Shown here piece by piece: positions 35,656 to 51,494 of a stretch of 64,000 nt of DNA (within the stretch, counting starts at the first letter, position 1; each line of letters starts with the position of its first letter). The translations under genes were made by a program, and so were the position numbers. This DNA comes from Fimicolochytrium jonesii (taxonomy: Eukaryota): contig NW_026515685.1 in the NCBI RefSeq assembly GCF_025526975.1, positions 1-64,000 of the forward strand, in the 5' to 3' direction. Under the pieces are notes generated by a model. It saw only the letters and a program-made list of their open reading frames with translations, was not told the DNA's origin and did not search any database.

Positions 35656-36282
35656 GTACTGCTGGTTGAGTGGGCAAGCCGCAAGCTCTTGAGTTGACGG
35701 CCTAAAAGACAAGTCCACGACGAGCCACGACGCAGGGAGAGGAGATCGTCACGCACAATTCCCGCTAGCAACACCGCAAACGGGACAACCGTGTTTCCAG
35801 TGACCACCAGGCCCGCTTCCTATTTGTTGCGCAATCCATACACCAGAACTTATGAAAAAACGGCGGCGTCCTAAGATCATCTGCGAGAAGATCTTCGTTG
35901 GAAAATCCGTACATACTCTACGGTAAGACCAGCAGCGCCCGGTACTGCCGTCAATCCCGGGATGACCGCCGTTATTTGGTGGGCCGGCCGACCTCGAAGT
36001 CACCGACTGCGTCCCATTAAAGCATTCACCGCCCGGAGACCGTTTGGCAGGTGCGACAAGGAAGACTGTTGAACAAGACCTATGTGGATCTCCTCTGAGG
36101 ACTGTTAGGAGAGGCGGATTGAACATGCTTCATGATTCTTGCACTCTCCGTGCAGCAGCGGCTGCAGCGCCTTCTGCGGGTATATGAGCTCGTCGCGATG
36201 CTCGTGCCATTGTAAACTTGGCGCCAATTAGCAGGTAGAAGCGACGAAATGGCGCTCACGTTGCTGTTGCCTTTCCGCAAAG

Positions 36283-36678
36283 TAGGGGCGGCAATGGCTT
36301 GACATGGTTTGACTTGGCTTGACTAGACACCGTAGCCAGACCACCGGGTGGTCAAGAGGGTGGTGATCAAACCAAGTCATGGCCAGCCCCGGCTAGCCAT
36401 TGGTTAACCATGGTCAAGCTTACATAAGAATGTGACAGTGTCTTTTGCCAGATTTACATACAATGGGCATGTCCTCATCCCTAACCCTAAACCTAACCCT
36501 GCCAAATCATCGCAGTCATCCCAGTAATCTTGGTTAACCGGTTAACCGGTGGTCAAGCCATGACTTGCCACTTTGTAGCCAAGTCGACTGATGGCTTCCT
36601 ACTTTGCTAGCCAAACCGTAGCCTAGTCAGACCGCGCCATGGCTTGACCACGGTTAACCTGACCATCTGCCGCCCCTA
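36283..36678. mobile_element. hAT-family MITE (396 bp)
   Basis: TIR TAGGGGCGGCA, 8-bp TSD CCGCAAAG (36275-36282 and 36679-36686), repeated subterminal GGTCAAG and GGTTAACC motifs. Confidence 0.92.
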
Positions 36679-36997
36679 CCGCAAAGTACTGTATACGTAC
36701 TGTACTGGCTTCGTAGTGCTCACTCGCTGGATGGAGACGCTTCCCACAGACGATATATGCAGATGACCTTTGGCATTTAGCAAGAACGCGTCAATAAATC
36801 GCAAGTGTCACGTGACTTGCGTTTCCACCTCCTTCTCGTCCTGGCCCCAGCAGCATTTGGCATTTTGCTTATTGAGAGCATGGTCCACCCACCCACTCTC
36901 AGCTGGTATACCGACCCTTCGCCCAGCTCTCGCAATACTTCGACGAACTCCAGGGATACAGGGATACACCAAAGAGTTGAATACTACAGTCGCCACA

Positions 36998-39977
36998 ATG
37001 GCTCCCGCAGTGGCCTCTTCCTCTACCCCCGCCGCCCAGCATGTGGGAAAGAGGTCAAAGAAGGGGAAGAAGTCCGCTGCTCCAAAACCTATCGATAAAA
37101 AGAAGTTGAAGCGAGACGCCGAAGAAAAGGAACTCAAGTCCTTGGAGGAGAGAACGACTGACCCCGTGAGTCTCATTTTCGCTCTACCTGCCGTCTTTTC
37201 GAACAATTCACAAGAAGAACCACTCACACCTTTGTGACTTCCAGTCTATCTACGTCCGCGACGAAAGTATCACGAAATTCTCACAGCTTCCCCTCTCCTC
37301 GAAAACCGCCGAAGGCCTCAACAAAGCGAACTTTGTGGAAATGACAGAAGTCCAACGGGGCACCTTACCCCATTCTCTCTGCGGGCGGGACGTTCTCGGT
37401 GCCGCGAAAACAGGTTCCGGCAAAACGCTCGCCTTCCTCATCCCAATCCTCGAATCACTGCACCGCGCGAAATGGACTCAGATGGACGGTGTGGGTGCGC
37501 TCGTGATATCACCCACCCGCGAATTGGCGTTGCAGATCTTTGAGGTGTTGAAGAAGATTGGCAAGAATCACACGTACTCTGCGGGTCTGCTGATTGGTGG
37601 GAAGGACCTGAAGAGCGAGCAGGATCGTGTCAACAAGATGAATATTCTGGTCTGCACGCCGGGGAGGTTGTTGCAGCATATGGATCAAACGCCCGACTTT
37701 AGCTGCGATAATTTAAGGGTGCTGGTTTTGGATGAGGCGGACAGGGTGTTGGATATGGGGTTTGAGAGGACGCTGAATGCGATTGTAGCGAATTTGCCGA
37801 AGGATAGGCAGACACTTCTCTTCTCGGCAACGCAAACAAAGAGTGTGAGAGATTTGGCGAGACTGAGTTTGAAGGTGGGTTCTCGCCGTGCCTGCTTACC
37901 GAAACTATGCCCGGAAAATACGGACCTCATACAGAGCTGTGTTGACTTTTCGTATTTCAGGATCCCGAGTACGTCTCCGTCCATGAGCAGGCGGAATCCG
38001 CGACACCGAAGCAACTAGTCCAAAAATACCTCGTCTGCAACCTCCCAGACAAGCTCGACATCCTCTTCTCCTTCCTCAAATCGCACCTCAAATCCAAAAT
38101 CATAGTCTTCGTCTCCAGCTGCAAACAAGTCCGCTTCGTCCACGAAACCTTCTGCAAAATGCAACCGGGAATAGTCCTCAACTGTCTGCACGGCAAACAA
38201 AAACAAGCGAAACGAATGGCCATCTTTGAGCAGTTCTGCCGGAAAAAGGCCATCTGCCTTATCGCCACCGATATTGCTGCTCGCGGACTAGATTTCCCCG
38301 CCGTAGACTGGGTCATCCAACTCGACTGCCCCGAAGACGCGGCTACATATATCCACCGTGTGGGTCGAACAGCGCGATACGAGTCGGAAGGCAACGGACT
38401 GCTTTTCCTATTGCCCTCGGAAGAAAAGGGGATGGTGGCGGCGTTGGAGCAGAAGAAGGTGCCGATTCAGAGGATCAGGGTTAACCCGTCGAAAACCACG
38501 AGTGTGGTGAAGCAGTTACAGGCGTATTGCTCGCAGAGTCCGGAGATGAAGTATCTCGCCCAGAAGGCGTTTATCAGTTACATGCGGAGTGTGCATTTGC
38601 AGAGTGATAAGGCGATTTTTGATGTGAATGCGTTGCCGGCGGAAGCGTACGCGGAGAGTTTGGGACTGCCGGGAGCGCCGAAAATCAAATTCGTCAAGGT
38701 GGGTTTCGGTACATGATGGTGATTGCGGGATGGTGATTGCGGGATGTAGCCTGGCGCGGGTCGCTGACTATCGAGAAATCTTGCAGAAATCGGAAAAGAA
38801 GAACGCCTCGAGGCAGATGGAGAGCATGGACGATGCAGCAGCGACGAAAGCCGCTTCGGATGACGACGAGGACGACGTTAAGAAGGTAACACGGTGCATC
38901 TCGACGCCATGAGCTGCCAAGGGATGGCACAACTGATGCATTCAACTCTACAGCAAACGAAAGTCCGCACGAAAGTCGACAAGATGTTCGACAAGAAGAA
39001 CCTCACCATCATGTCCGATCACTACGCCAAACTCGTCGCCGACGATTCGGCATCTGACGATGCCAGTGACTCCGACTCCGGTTCATCCGCCTCTGACTCT
39101 GAACCCGCGCCAGCCCCCTCCACATCCCTACTCTCCCTCCCCACGGACGACACCGACGACCTTCTCACCCTCGCCCGAGCCAACCACGACATCGACGACA
39201 CCCCCGAACCCTCGCTCCCACCCACCACAGCGCCCACGCACCGCCAAATCCTCAAACTTAAAGAAAAAGAAATCAAACAACGTGGCCTGGGCAAGAAGTT
39301 GTACTTTGACGAGGACGGAAACCCAATCCATGCGTTCAAGTTGGAGACGCTCGATGAGTTCATTGAGAAGGGCGATATTGAGAGGAGGCAGAAGGAGTAT
39401 GTTGAGGAGGCCGGTGGGGCTGTTAAGGCGGCGGATGTGGTGGATAAGGAGGAGGAGAGGCGGAAGAGGAGGGAGAAGAAGAGGGAGAAGAAGTTGAAGG
39501 AGAGGCAGGCGAGGCAGGAGGTTGGTGTCGCTGGTCACTTTTGTCCTACTTATTGAAATGCTTTACTAACCATCATCTAATCGTTAGGAATCCGGAGCAG
39601 CAACAATAGCAGGAGGCGACTACGACTCGGACGACCTCCAATCCGTCCAATCCCACTACTCCTCCTACGACGAGAACGCACCCAGCGAAGAAAACGACGA
39701 CTCCGTCTCTGACGCCGATTCCAACTCCGACAACGACGATGAGGCCATGGAAATCGACCTGAACGAGGACTCGGACTTTGGTGGCGCTGATGATAGCGAC
39801 GACGAGGAGGAGGAGGTTGTGGTACCGAGTGGGAAGCGGAAACGGGCAGAAAAGAGCCTGCCGGAACCGCAGCAGCCAGAGCGGAAGGCGTCAAGCGCGA
39901 AGAAGCGTAGGACGAGGCTGGAGGGTGCGGATGGGGAGTCTTTGGAGGAGATTGCGTTGAGGTTGCTTGAGACGTAA
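36998..39977 (+). CDS. DBP4: ATP-dependent DEAD-box RNA helicase Dbp4/DDX10; multi-exon
   Basis: [55 protein letters not shown]-terminal LEEIALRLL. Confidence 0.95.
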
Positions 39978-40512
39978 GGATGGGAAATACGGGAGGGTAG
40001 ATAGACAGCGTGCCACTGTTCGGGGGCATTCGGGGGCGAAGAACAAGAACACAGAATCAGATTATCATTATATTATACGTAGCAGCATTCATTTTGTAAA
40101 TAGTATCACATCTTTCATGGCAAGTATTTATGTGACAGGTGAAACATACATAGACGCTCGAAAACTGGAGCTCTGCGACGGTGATTCAAATTGTGCGACT
40201 CCTCCGAAAACACCCGCAACATATAGCGCTCAACCAGAATGTAGGAGAAAAGCCAACTCCGTCATGATGCAAGATACAGTAAAATATATTCATGAAAGAA
40301 AAAAGTCTCTCGCGGCAACAGACGGCGCACTATGCTGGCGCCCTCCCCCAAAAATGTAATACCGCAACCGTTCGTCTTTACAAAATCGCGGCTGATCTAG
40401 GTTCGCACGGCCTTCGTATTGCCGCCCGACCTCCATGTGTATCGCCGACCCATCAAATAACTCCCGCCAAGTCTCGCCGCCGCCCTATACCTTCCTCCCC
40501 ACCACCCGCAAC

Positions 40513-43500
40513 CTACCCCCCAACCTCAATAAGTATAACACTCCCCCCTCTAACGCCCTCCCTCTCCTCCTCCGCCAACAAAAACAATTTCTCGCCTTTA
40601 CACACCAACAGCCCCAACGACCGGATCTTGTCCCGCTTCGTCTCGAACACGTGCACGATCTTGCCGGTGTCGCTGTTGATCACGTCGACCACGTCCGTGG
40701 AGCCCGCGACGAGGTAGTCGGTGCCGAGGGCGTCTGGGGGGCGACGGGGGGTTAGTATTAAGGAGAAGGGGGGAGCGGTGGGGACGCCAACGCACCTGCG
40801 AACGTCATCGGACTCCGCCACGTAAGCGTCCGGTTCTCTTTGATGTTGAGGTGCAGTTTGGTCATGATCCCCATATCTGCCGGTATCCCAAAAAAAAGCC
40901 CCATCAGTATCCATCCCTCACGTCTAGAACCCCGCAAAGAACAACTCACGCTCGTAACAAAGCACAAAAAGCCCCTCGTAAAGCACGCCGCGAACCGGTT
41001 TCCCCAATTTATCCTCCGACACGCCGGGGACGACGATTTCCTCCACGGTGACTGTTTGCAGGTCGACGACCTTGAAGCGGGTGGATGTGCCGGCGTAGAG
41101 GCGCAGTTCGTTGGTGGGGGATTCGGTGATGTCGAGGGAGGTGACTTTGAAGTCCACCATGATTTCCTAAGTGGGAGAGGGGGAGTGAGTGTGATGCACG
41201 ACGGATGATGCGTCGCAGGAGAGGGCACGGATCTTTGTGGTGGGGTCCGATTTTTCTTACCTTCATTTTCATGAAGCGGTTTAGAGGATGCGGCGCCCAT
41301 TTCATCACTAATAGCGACTTGGGCGTCGCGACGCAGAGGTAGATCGAGGTCTTTATCCTGGCTGTAGGTGCAGGCGTTAGTGTATGCCGTGCTGCAGGGC
41401 TGGCCGCGCGTTGATGGACCGCTCCGTTGAAGCGGGTGGGATCGCTATCCCCGTCCGTAGCGTGACGGCGTCCAATCTCCTCCGCGCACTCTTCTTCCAG
41501 GGGTATGTCTATCTCCATCGTAAACCGCCAACAATCCACCGCACCGCTTGATGCCCACCGCCCCAGCAGATCAAGTGTATCCGCATCCTAGCAAACACAC
41601 CTCCCACCCCGCCAACCCTGCATCCCAAATCCAATCCCCTTGCCCCTCTCCCCCCTCTCCACCTTCGGCCGCCTGTCCACATCATAACCTACCAATAGAA
41701 TAGAACTGACACCCCTTAGTCTCCTTCATCTTCTTCAGCTTCGTCTCCGTCTCAAACTTCTGCTTCCGCTTGAACTTCATCGTGGAGGTCATGTCGTGCG
41801 TTGCTACCATGTCGTATTTTCCTGAAAAAGTAGCGGGTCTGAGGGGGAGTTTTTTTGGAGGGAGGGGGGAGTTCATAGATACCCGAACGCGAAATGACGA
41901 TGTTGAGATCCTCGAGCGCGTTGAGCTGCTCGTACCGTCTCGTTGATAATGGGATCATTTTTGCGTCTTTTTCTATTCGCCAACGTGAAAGACGCAGATA
42001 TTAACAAACTTCGATTGTATGAAGTGGATGCGAAATGGACGGTGTGTCCTACCTTTCGTCTCAAACCCAAAGAGGCCGTCGTCTGTGCCTAATAGCAGCG
42101 TTTCGCCTATAGGGTGCGCAACCGGAGAGTCAGATTTTGGAACTCCGACCGATTCTGTTGTCGGCTGTGAGTAGCACGTACCTAGGAACTCGGCGCAGTT
42201 GACTTGGATCGTTAACCGGCATATCCGGCTGGCTTTGAAGACCTGCATGATTCCACGTATCCGAAACGTAGAGGATATCTGCATCAGTCCTTTCGGCTAT
42301 CCCCCCATCACCCGCATATCCACTCTCAAGATCCCTCACTTCAACCCCGACTAATTCAAACGAAGCAAAGTACCCACCGGCTTCTTTTTCGCCTCCTCTT
42401 TGGTCAACGTATCCCCCTTCTCCGGCACAGGCACTCGTTCCACCAACGCCGTGGATTCCTCCTTGACGTGGGTGGCCGCGCGTCGTATTGTTCGTTCCCG
42501 CTGGCCTTCTGATAGCGTACCTAGGGGGCCGAGGGTGTCGTCTTCGGTCTCCGAGGAGGGGGATGCGGATTCGCCGATGGAGGTTAGGGTGGAGGTTTTG
42601 CTGTCTTTTACGTCCAGCTGTCGAAGGGGAAAACAACCAATGTCAATGGATTTGCTCACATGCGGTCATACGAAAAGGAGGGAGGTGGATGTAGGGTGTC
42701 CCCTCCCGCATTGTAGACGCGCATACCCGCTGCAGCGCCTGCTCAACAGGCGTCCCCACAGTCCCGACCTCAACTTTCTGCGCCGTCCCCCTCTTCTTCA
42801 CCGTCTCAGCCCTCTCGCTCGCTTCGGTGTCATCATCGTCGTCGTCGTCGTCGTCTGCGCCCGCCTGCGGGAACAACGGGTTCTGGATGGTGAGGGCCGC
42901 GCGTGCACGTTTGGCTTCGCGGGTGCGTTCGATGAGGTGCGTTACTATAAGCGTGGGTGTCGAGGTGGGTTTCATGAAGGGGTGCTGTGTGTCGATTGGG
43001 AGTTGGTTGGTTAGTTTAGTGCGAGATACAGTCCGTTTGCGTGGTGTGAAAAAAGAGCCGGATGTGATGCATGGATGATGGATGAAAACGATACCCCCTG
43101 CTCCCTCACGCTCCGGACGAGGATGTGGGTCGCCGATGTGTAACAAAAACAAGTGTTCGCTGTCGCTCACGGTTGAACACAGGGGCTCGCTACGCTCGCA
43201 CGCACTGCGTTTGTCCTCGCCAGCGCTCGTTATCACAGTGGGCTCCGCTCGGACACTCACTTTCAGCAGTACATCCGCAGTCGGCCGCTTATCCGGATCC
43301 TTCTCTAAACAAACATGCAAAAAATCCCTAAACTCCTCACTCCACTTCCCGGAATCCTTGAGTTTCGGCGGCTCCAACTTGGGTATCATAAACAACACCC
43401 TCATCGGATGCATATCAAACATCGGCGGGCTACATTCCGCCATCTCCATCGCGGTGATGCCCAGCGACCATATATCCGCCTGCGAGTCGTACGCGGTCCC

Positions 43501-44097
43501 CTGCTGCTCGGCGGTGATGACCTCGGGTGCCATCCAATACGGTGTTCCGATGAATGTATGTCGTTTCGAGAATGTGCGTGTGAGTTGGGTGGAGACACCG
43601 AAATCGGCGATCTTGATCTGGCCCGTTTCGGTCATGAGGATGTTGCCGCATTTGATGTCTCTGTGCATCTTGTTGCAGGAGTGGAGGAAGGAGAGGCCGG
43701 TGAGAGATTCGCGGATGATGCATGCGATTTCCTGCTCGGTGAGCGGCCCGCGCATGCCCTTGTAGGAAGCTTCGACGGACCCGCCGCCGCAGAACTCCAT
43801 GACGATCCAGATGTGTTTTTGGCCTTTGAGGGTGCCACGTTTCATGTAGCAGCCGATGTAGGAGACGACGTTGCGGTGGTTGCAGTCGCGGAGAAAGTTG
43901 ACTTCGTGGAGGACTTCGTCGAGCTCTTCGCCGGCTTCGAGTTTGATGACTTTTATGGCGGCGAGCTCGCCGGTTTGTTTGCTGCGCGCTTTGAATACTT
44001 CGCCGTAGCTGCCGGTGCCGATGTGCTCCATAAGCTCGTAGAGGGTCTCTGGGTCCTCTTTTGTCGCGATGCTGCTGAGCGCTCGCTTGGCTGACAT
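40513..44097 (-). CDS. Ste20/GCK-family (MAP4K-like) Ser/Thr kinase with C-terminal CNH domain; multi-exon
   Basis: IGTGSYGEV, HRDIKCGN, ADFG, GTPYWMAPE. Downstream exons LLLGTDDGLF, RRYEQL..LEDLN and LMKWAPHPLNRFMK are CNH-like. Confidence 0.92.
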
Positions 44098-44865
44098 TTT
44101 GGGAGATGGTTATCCCTTGACTGTCTGTCTGCCTTGACGGGAGCAGCGCCCGCGTTTTCCCTGATATGGTCTTTGTACCGCTACAATACTGTCTGGTTCG
44201 ACTATCCGCTTTATAAGAGATATTGTTTTCCGTAATGACTAGAGAGAAATGAAGAATCTATTCCTGATGCGGTCTTTTTGCGTCGTGAATGAAATCCAGA
44301 TCTGGAGTGGTGGTGTGTTTTGCGAAATGATGACCCGCAGTCGAAGGAAGGGAGAGCGAACGAATGTCTTGATGCGTGGCAGTGATGCCGATGAAAAGTG
44401 ATGGAAGCAGTGTGTATGGTGTTCCCGTAAAAGGCAAAAGATGGTGTAAAGCGATGGAGTTGAGCGAGGAGCAGCAGAAAAGATGATTGGTATGCAACGA
44501 CTTGACCACTTCCCTCCACCAGCCTGTTGTTAGCAAGGCGCTGACAGGATGCGCGCGGGCATTGGGGACGAGCGAGCGGAAAGATGCGGCGTCGTTGCTG
44601 ACTCATCATCTGCCTACAAAGGGCGCGTCGTTTAAATCAGCCAGATCCCCCACGTGAGCTCATGCAGAAAGCGCACCAGCGGGAGAGGGGGGGAGACCAG
44701 AGGAGACGCTGAAGACGCGCCATGAGTTCCCATCGATGATGCTGCGTGACTGACTGACTGACTGATGGGAGCAACTGCAAGCAACCGGAAATCCAAACGC
44801 AGGCTTTTCCTCACAACGAAACCGCCTCTTCATCGTCCGCCTAAACCGCACACAACATAACCACC

Positions 44866-47158
<2,293 letters not shown>

Positions 47159-48642
47159 ACGATGTAGCGATGTGTGATGATTGTTTCTGCTCCACGTTTT
47201 TTCCCCATTTGCATGCATTTTTCTTAGACCTGCACGTATTGGTCATTACATAATGTCAAATTGAAACCTGGAGTATGTGAGAGGGATGGTTGTGAGGAGC
47301 GTTTATGAGAGTTGGCCCCTGTCGCGAAACTCCGTGGAGGAGCTCAGATGTGAGGGGGGGCAGATCGATACGAAGGAGCATATGGTCAGGTCCAACGAAC
47401 ACATGTATACCTGCGTCCCAGCACACATCAAAAGCCCATTATTTTTGGGACGGACGTCAACTCGCTTGATCGTCTTTATCCTTCGTATTCTACATCCAGT
47501 ATATATGTCGGATTCGGCCCTCTTCGGCTGTATACGCATATGTAAATGCAAATCAAAGGAGGGTCTGGAAAGGCACTCCGGTCTCGCCGTCAAGAGTGCA
47601 AGATCCGTCGGGCCTTGAAGGCCTCGGACCACAGCGCGTTGGAGCGATCCGTACTGTGGCATCTAAATCAATCCAAATGAGTAGAGTAGCCTCGTAAGCC
47701 CGCTGAACCATAAACATACGTACCAGTTCCCACGACTTACTGCATGTAAAGACAGTAGCGTATGATAGCGTGCGATAAATGCGACACCAGTTGGATATCA
47801 CCCTTGGGCATCTTGGTTACTGGTTGGCAAGCCAAGTCAGCCACCCGGACTGATTTCTGGCCAATAAACCGCGGCCGCCGCCGATAGCCGCTGGATACAG
47901 ACGCCCATGCTCAATCAAACGACGCCGAGCAGATTGCAAATATAGGCCGGCCCAATATGAAAAGTTGAAAGTCTTCCTGCGCCCCTCGATTTACGGCTCG
48001 AAGCACCGCCGCCACCGCGTGCTGTTTTCCTTTTTTTCCGTGGTCGAGACTCGACATCGACACGGTGACCACGCACAGCTTGTCGGCCCGTGTCTGTTTC
48101 GAGTTTTGCAGCGCCCGGCGGAAGATGGTGCTATACCGACACGGATCATAGAATTGGAGCAAGCCGTCGTATAATCGTACACCAAGCTCACTATTAGGAT
48201 ACGCCCTACCCCACATCCGCGGTATTTCTGCCGCGCAATTCTGACAGCGCGCACCGCGTCAAATGCGAACGCCGCCAATAAGTCGGTCGAATCCCTCGCC
48301 GCCTTGTGTTCATGGAAATAGAACTCAGTGTATAGGATGAAGACCCACAGTGCTTCTCAAGTGCAATAACAGGAGGAAATATCACATTCGATTGCGCATA
48401 AGTACCGCAATATGGTTCTTCACGCCCGCAAAACTACCTCACTCCCAGAGACGTGTGCTTTCGGCCCTGGAATGCAAGATGACCGTGCAGCGACTCAAGG
48501 AACTGCCCTCGACGGAATCGTTGGCTAACCATGCGGGGCGCCCGGTATTAGACGCCGCAGGTAGCGTATATATGAAGAGTTGAAAGGATTGAAACCGGTA
48601 TTTCCGATTTTGCTCGTTTCACATCATATTCTTTTGCCAGGG

Positions 48643-51494
48643 ATGCTAGATGTGCCTCCCGAGGGTATCCACCAACCTACGGCGGGAGTGCTAGTACTGC
48701 CTTCTGACGTTGCAAAATCCTCGTCTTCTGCTCCCAACGACGACACCTTTGTGGAGTTCTCACGCGAACGCGCCCTTGACTCGCAGGCCCGTGGCGGGTA
48801 CTGGGATTACATCGATGCTGTTGTTCCGCAAACGGATGATCCCACCGAGTTGGCTTTGACGTGGAGGGTGTGGATCATCGGCACCTTCTTTGTGATCCTG
48901 TTTGCGGTTCCAAACACAGGTAACGTGCTTTCCCAACTTCCGTTGTGGTCTACCATTGCGTGGATGTTCAACTTGCTGATCTAAAACTCCCCATATTCTT
49001 GCAGTCCTCACCTTCAGGACCAATTTCTTCTCCATCCCGAACCTCGTCGGTATATTGCTTACGTTGCCCGTAGGCCGATTCATGGGTAGAGTCTTACCCG
49101 CAGGACGATTGAATCCCGGTCCCTTCACAATGAAGGAACACGTACTGATCTCCATCATGGTCGGCTCCGCCTTCCTCCCGCTGGGCGTCTTCAACTTTGT
49201 GACTCAGAAGTACGTCTTCAAGCAGGCTTCGCTCAGCCTGGTCGGTGGCTTGGGATTCGTGCTCGGATCTCAGATGGTTGGCTACGGGTTGGCGGGAATA
49301 TGTCGACAGTTTCTGGTTCGGCCGGTGAGTTCCTCCGATCGGGTCAATTGCGACCATTGGGGAAAGAGCGGTGTGCTAGAATCTTTACTCTCTTTGATCC
49401 AGGCGAGTTTCTTCTGGCCAACAGTTCTCACTGACGTTGCCCTCTACCAAACACTCCATACGAAGCGTGCCACCGCCGCCGATCAAAGAGAGAGCTGCGA
49501 TGAGGTTGATTCTGACATCTCTTCCCCCGCCTCGTACATGTCAATCACGAGCTTTTTCTGGTTGACGTTCGCCGGCGCTGCCATCTGGCAGTGGTTTCCC
49601 GCGTACGTGGCGCCGCTGTTCACATCCATGTCGATCCTTTGCGCAAGCTCCAACAGCGCCATGCGGTTGTGGGGGTCCGCCTTCCCCGGCAGAGGGATGG
49701 GCCTGCTCTCAATCACCTTCGACTGGTCCCTCATTGGGCGATGGTCACCCCTCGAGTCCCCGTGGTGGACCCACGTGTGCCAGTTTGGAGGGTGTAGGTG
49801 CTCCCCGCTTTGCATTTCGGTTCCCGGATTTTGCGCCCTTCGTTCTGATGGTTTTCCTACCGCAGTGTATTTCACCATGTACGTGATCGTTCCTATCCTG
49901 TATTACACGAACGCCTTCGGAATGGACCAAGCGCTCCAGGAACCGAGAGGATCTCCACACGGCGTCTTGAACTCGCTCGTTCTTTTCAACAAAACCGGGT
50001 TGCCCTTTATGTCGGAAAGGGCCATGGACCCCAACGGAAACCTGATCCCCAGCGCGTACGAGAGTCAGAAGCCAATCTATATTTCGACTTTCTATGCCGT
50101 CACCATCGGTTTGGCGCTGATGGCCTATGTTGCTTCCATTTGCCATACCTTACTCTGGTGCGTCCGCTGCGATGTCGGCCCGTGGATTGTCCGTGGAAAC
50201 TAATCGGCGCATTCATTCAGGTACGGGAAGGATATCAAATGCCGCTTGGTTGAGCGGTCCAAGGCGGACCCGAATGAGGAGGACATTCATTGTCGGTAAG
50301 AAGCACGCTTCCATTCCGCTACAATCCACATCCTGGGGCGTTGACCTTTTTCTATGGTGGCTAGGCTCATGAGAGCATACCCCGACATCCCTGCTCTTTG
50401 GTACATCGCGCTGATGGTTATCTCGGTCCCACTTCTGATCGCTGTTTGTGAGAAAGGCGGTTTCGCCCTGTCATGGTGGGGTGTGCTGCTCGCTATCGCC
50501 TTTGCGGTGGTGTCGATGGTCCCGATCGGCATCGTCCAGGCCATCTCGGGTTACCAACTCCCGCTGGATACGATTTCTCTGTTTATCAGCGGTCTTATCT
50601 TTGAAGGACAAACGTTCGGTAAGCGATGCTCGGTGTCATAAGACTAAGACTTTCGGAGTACTTGACTTCTTTTCTCTGTGGTCCAGCGGTTCTCTCTTTC
50701 AAGACGATTTCGTATATGGGCATGTCGCAAGCGTTGGTGCTTGTGAAGGACATGAAGATTGCTCATTACATGAAGATCCCTCCTCGGTGAGCACGCTTTG
50801 TATGTTCTGGCCCTCCCACTGCGTCGATCTGACGAATTATGGGCGTTATAGGGACATGTTCATCGCTCAACTGTACGGCAAGCTCCTCAGCGCAATCATC
50901 ATGCCCCTGATCGCCGTCCTCGTAATGGAAAACTGGACCGACACACTGCTCAAGGAGCCACAATGGCAGTACGTCGCCTACCGCCATTTTGCCTCCAACG
51001 CCATCATCTGGGGAACCATCGGCACTCGGCAGTTCGTCGGGCTGGGCACGCCGTACTCCAAACTCCTGTGGGCCCTCCCCCTCGGTGCGCTGCTGCCTGT
51101 CATCCCTTGGCTGTGCTACCGTAGATGGGGTGGCAACTGGAAGTTGGTCAATGTTCCGTTGATTACCATGATTGGCGTTGCGCCGCAATCGTACCAGACG
51201 ACGTTGACGCCTGTTCTGGTTGGGTTTGCGTCCAATTTCTATATGAAACGCTTTCATCACCGCATTTGGGCGCGGTACAACTATGTTATGGCCGCCGCTT
51301 TGAGGTACAGTAGATCTTTGTTTGACCATTGCGCATGGACCGGTTTGATTGATCTTCAACCTTTTCTCTCTCCTTTCTCTAGTGCGGGCACGGCCGTCAC
51401 GTTAGTTCTCATAGCGTTGATTTTCGGCATTCAGCAGATTAAGATGCCGAGATACTCTTTGAACCCGAGCGACGGAGATTACTGCACGGCTTAG
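48643..51494 (+). CDS. OPT-family oligopeptide transporter; multi-exon, start approximate
   Basis: VVPQTDDP...LTWRVW..G, LNPGPFTMKEHVLI, GYGLAGICR.FLV.P, DMKIAHYMKIPP, W.RYNYV.AAAL. Confidence 0.93.

Noticed and set aside
9731..36704. TACAGTA/TACTGTA heptamers as Tc1 excision footprints (9731, 10003, 29759, 29789, 36687, 36698)
   Set aside because: The number is close to chance expectation for 64 kb and cannot be supported without empty-site comparison.
47277..48350. Short ORFs between LPD1 and the OPT gene
   Set aside because: No recognisable motif or consistent exon chain.
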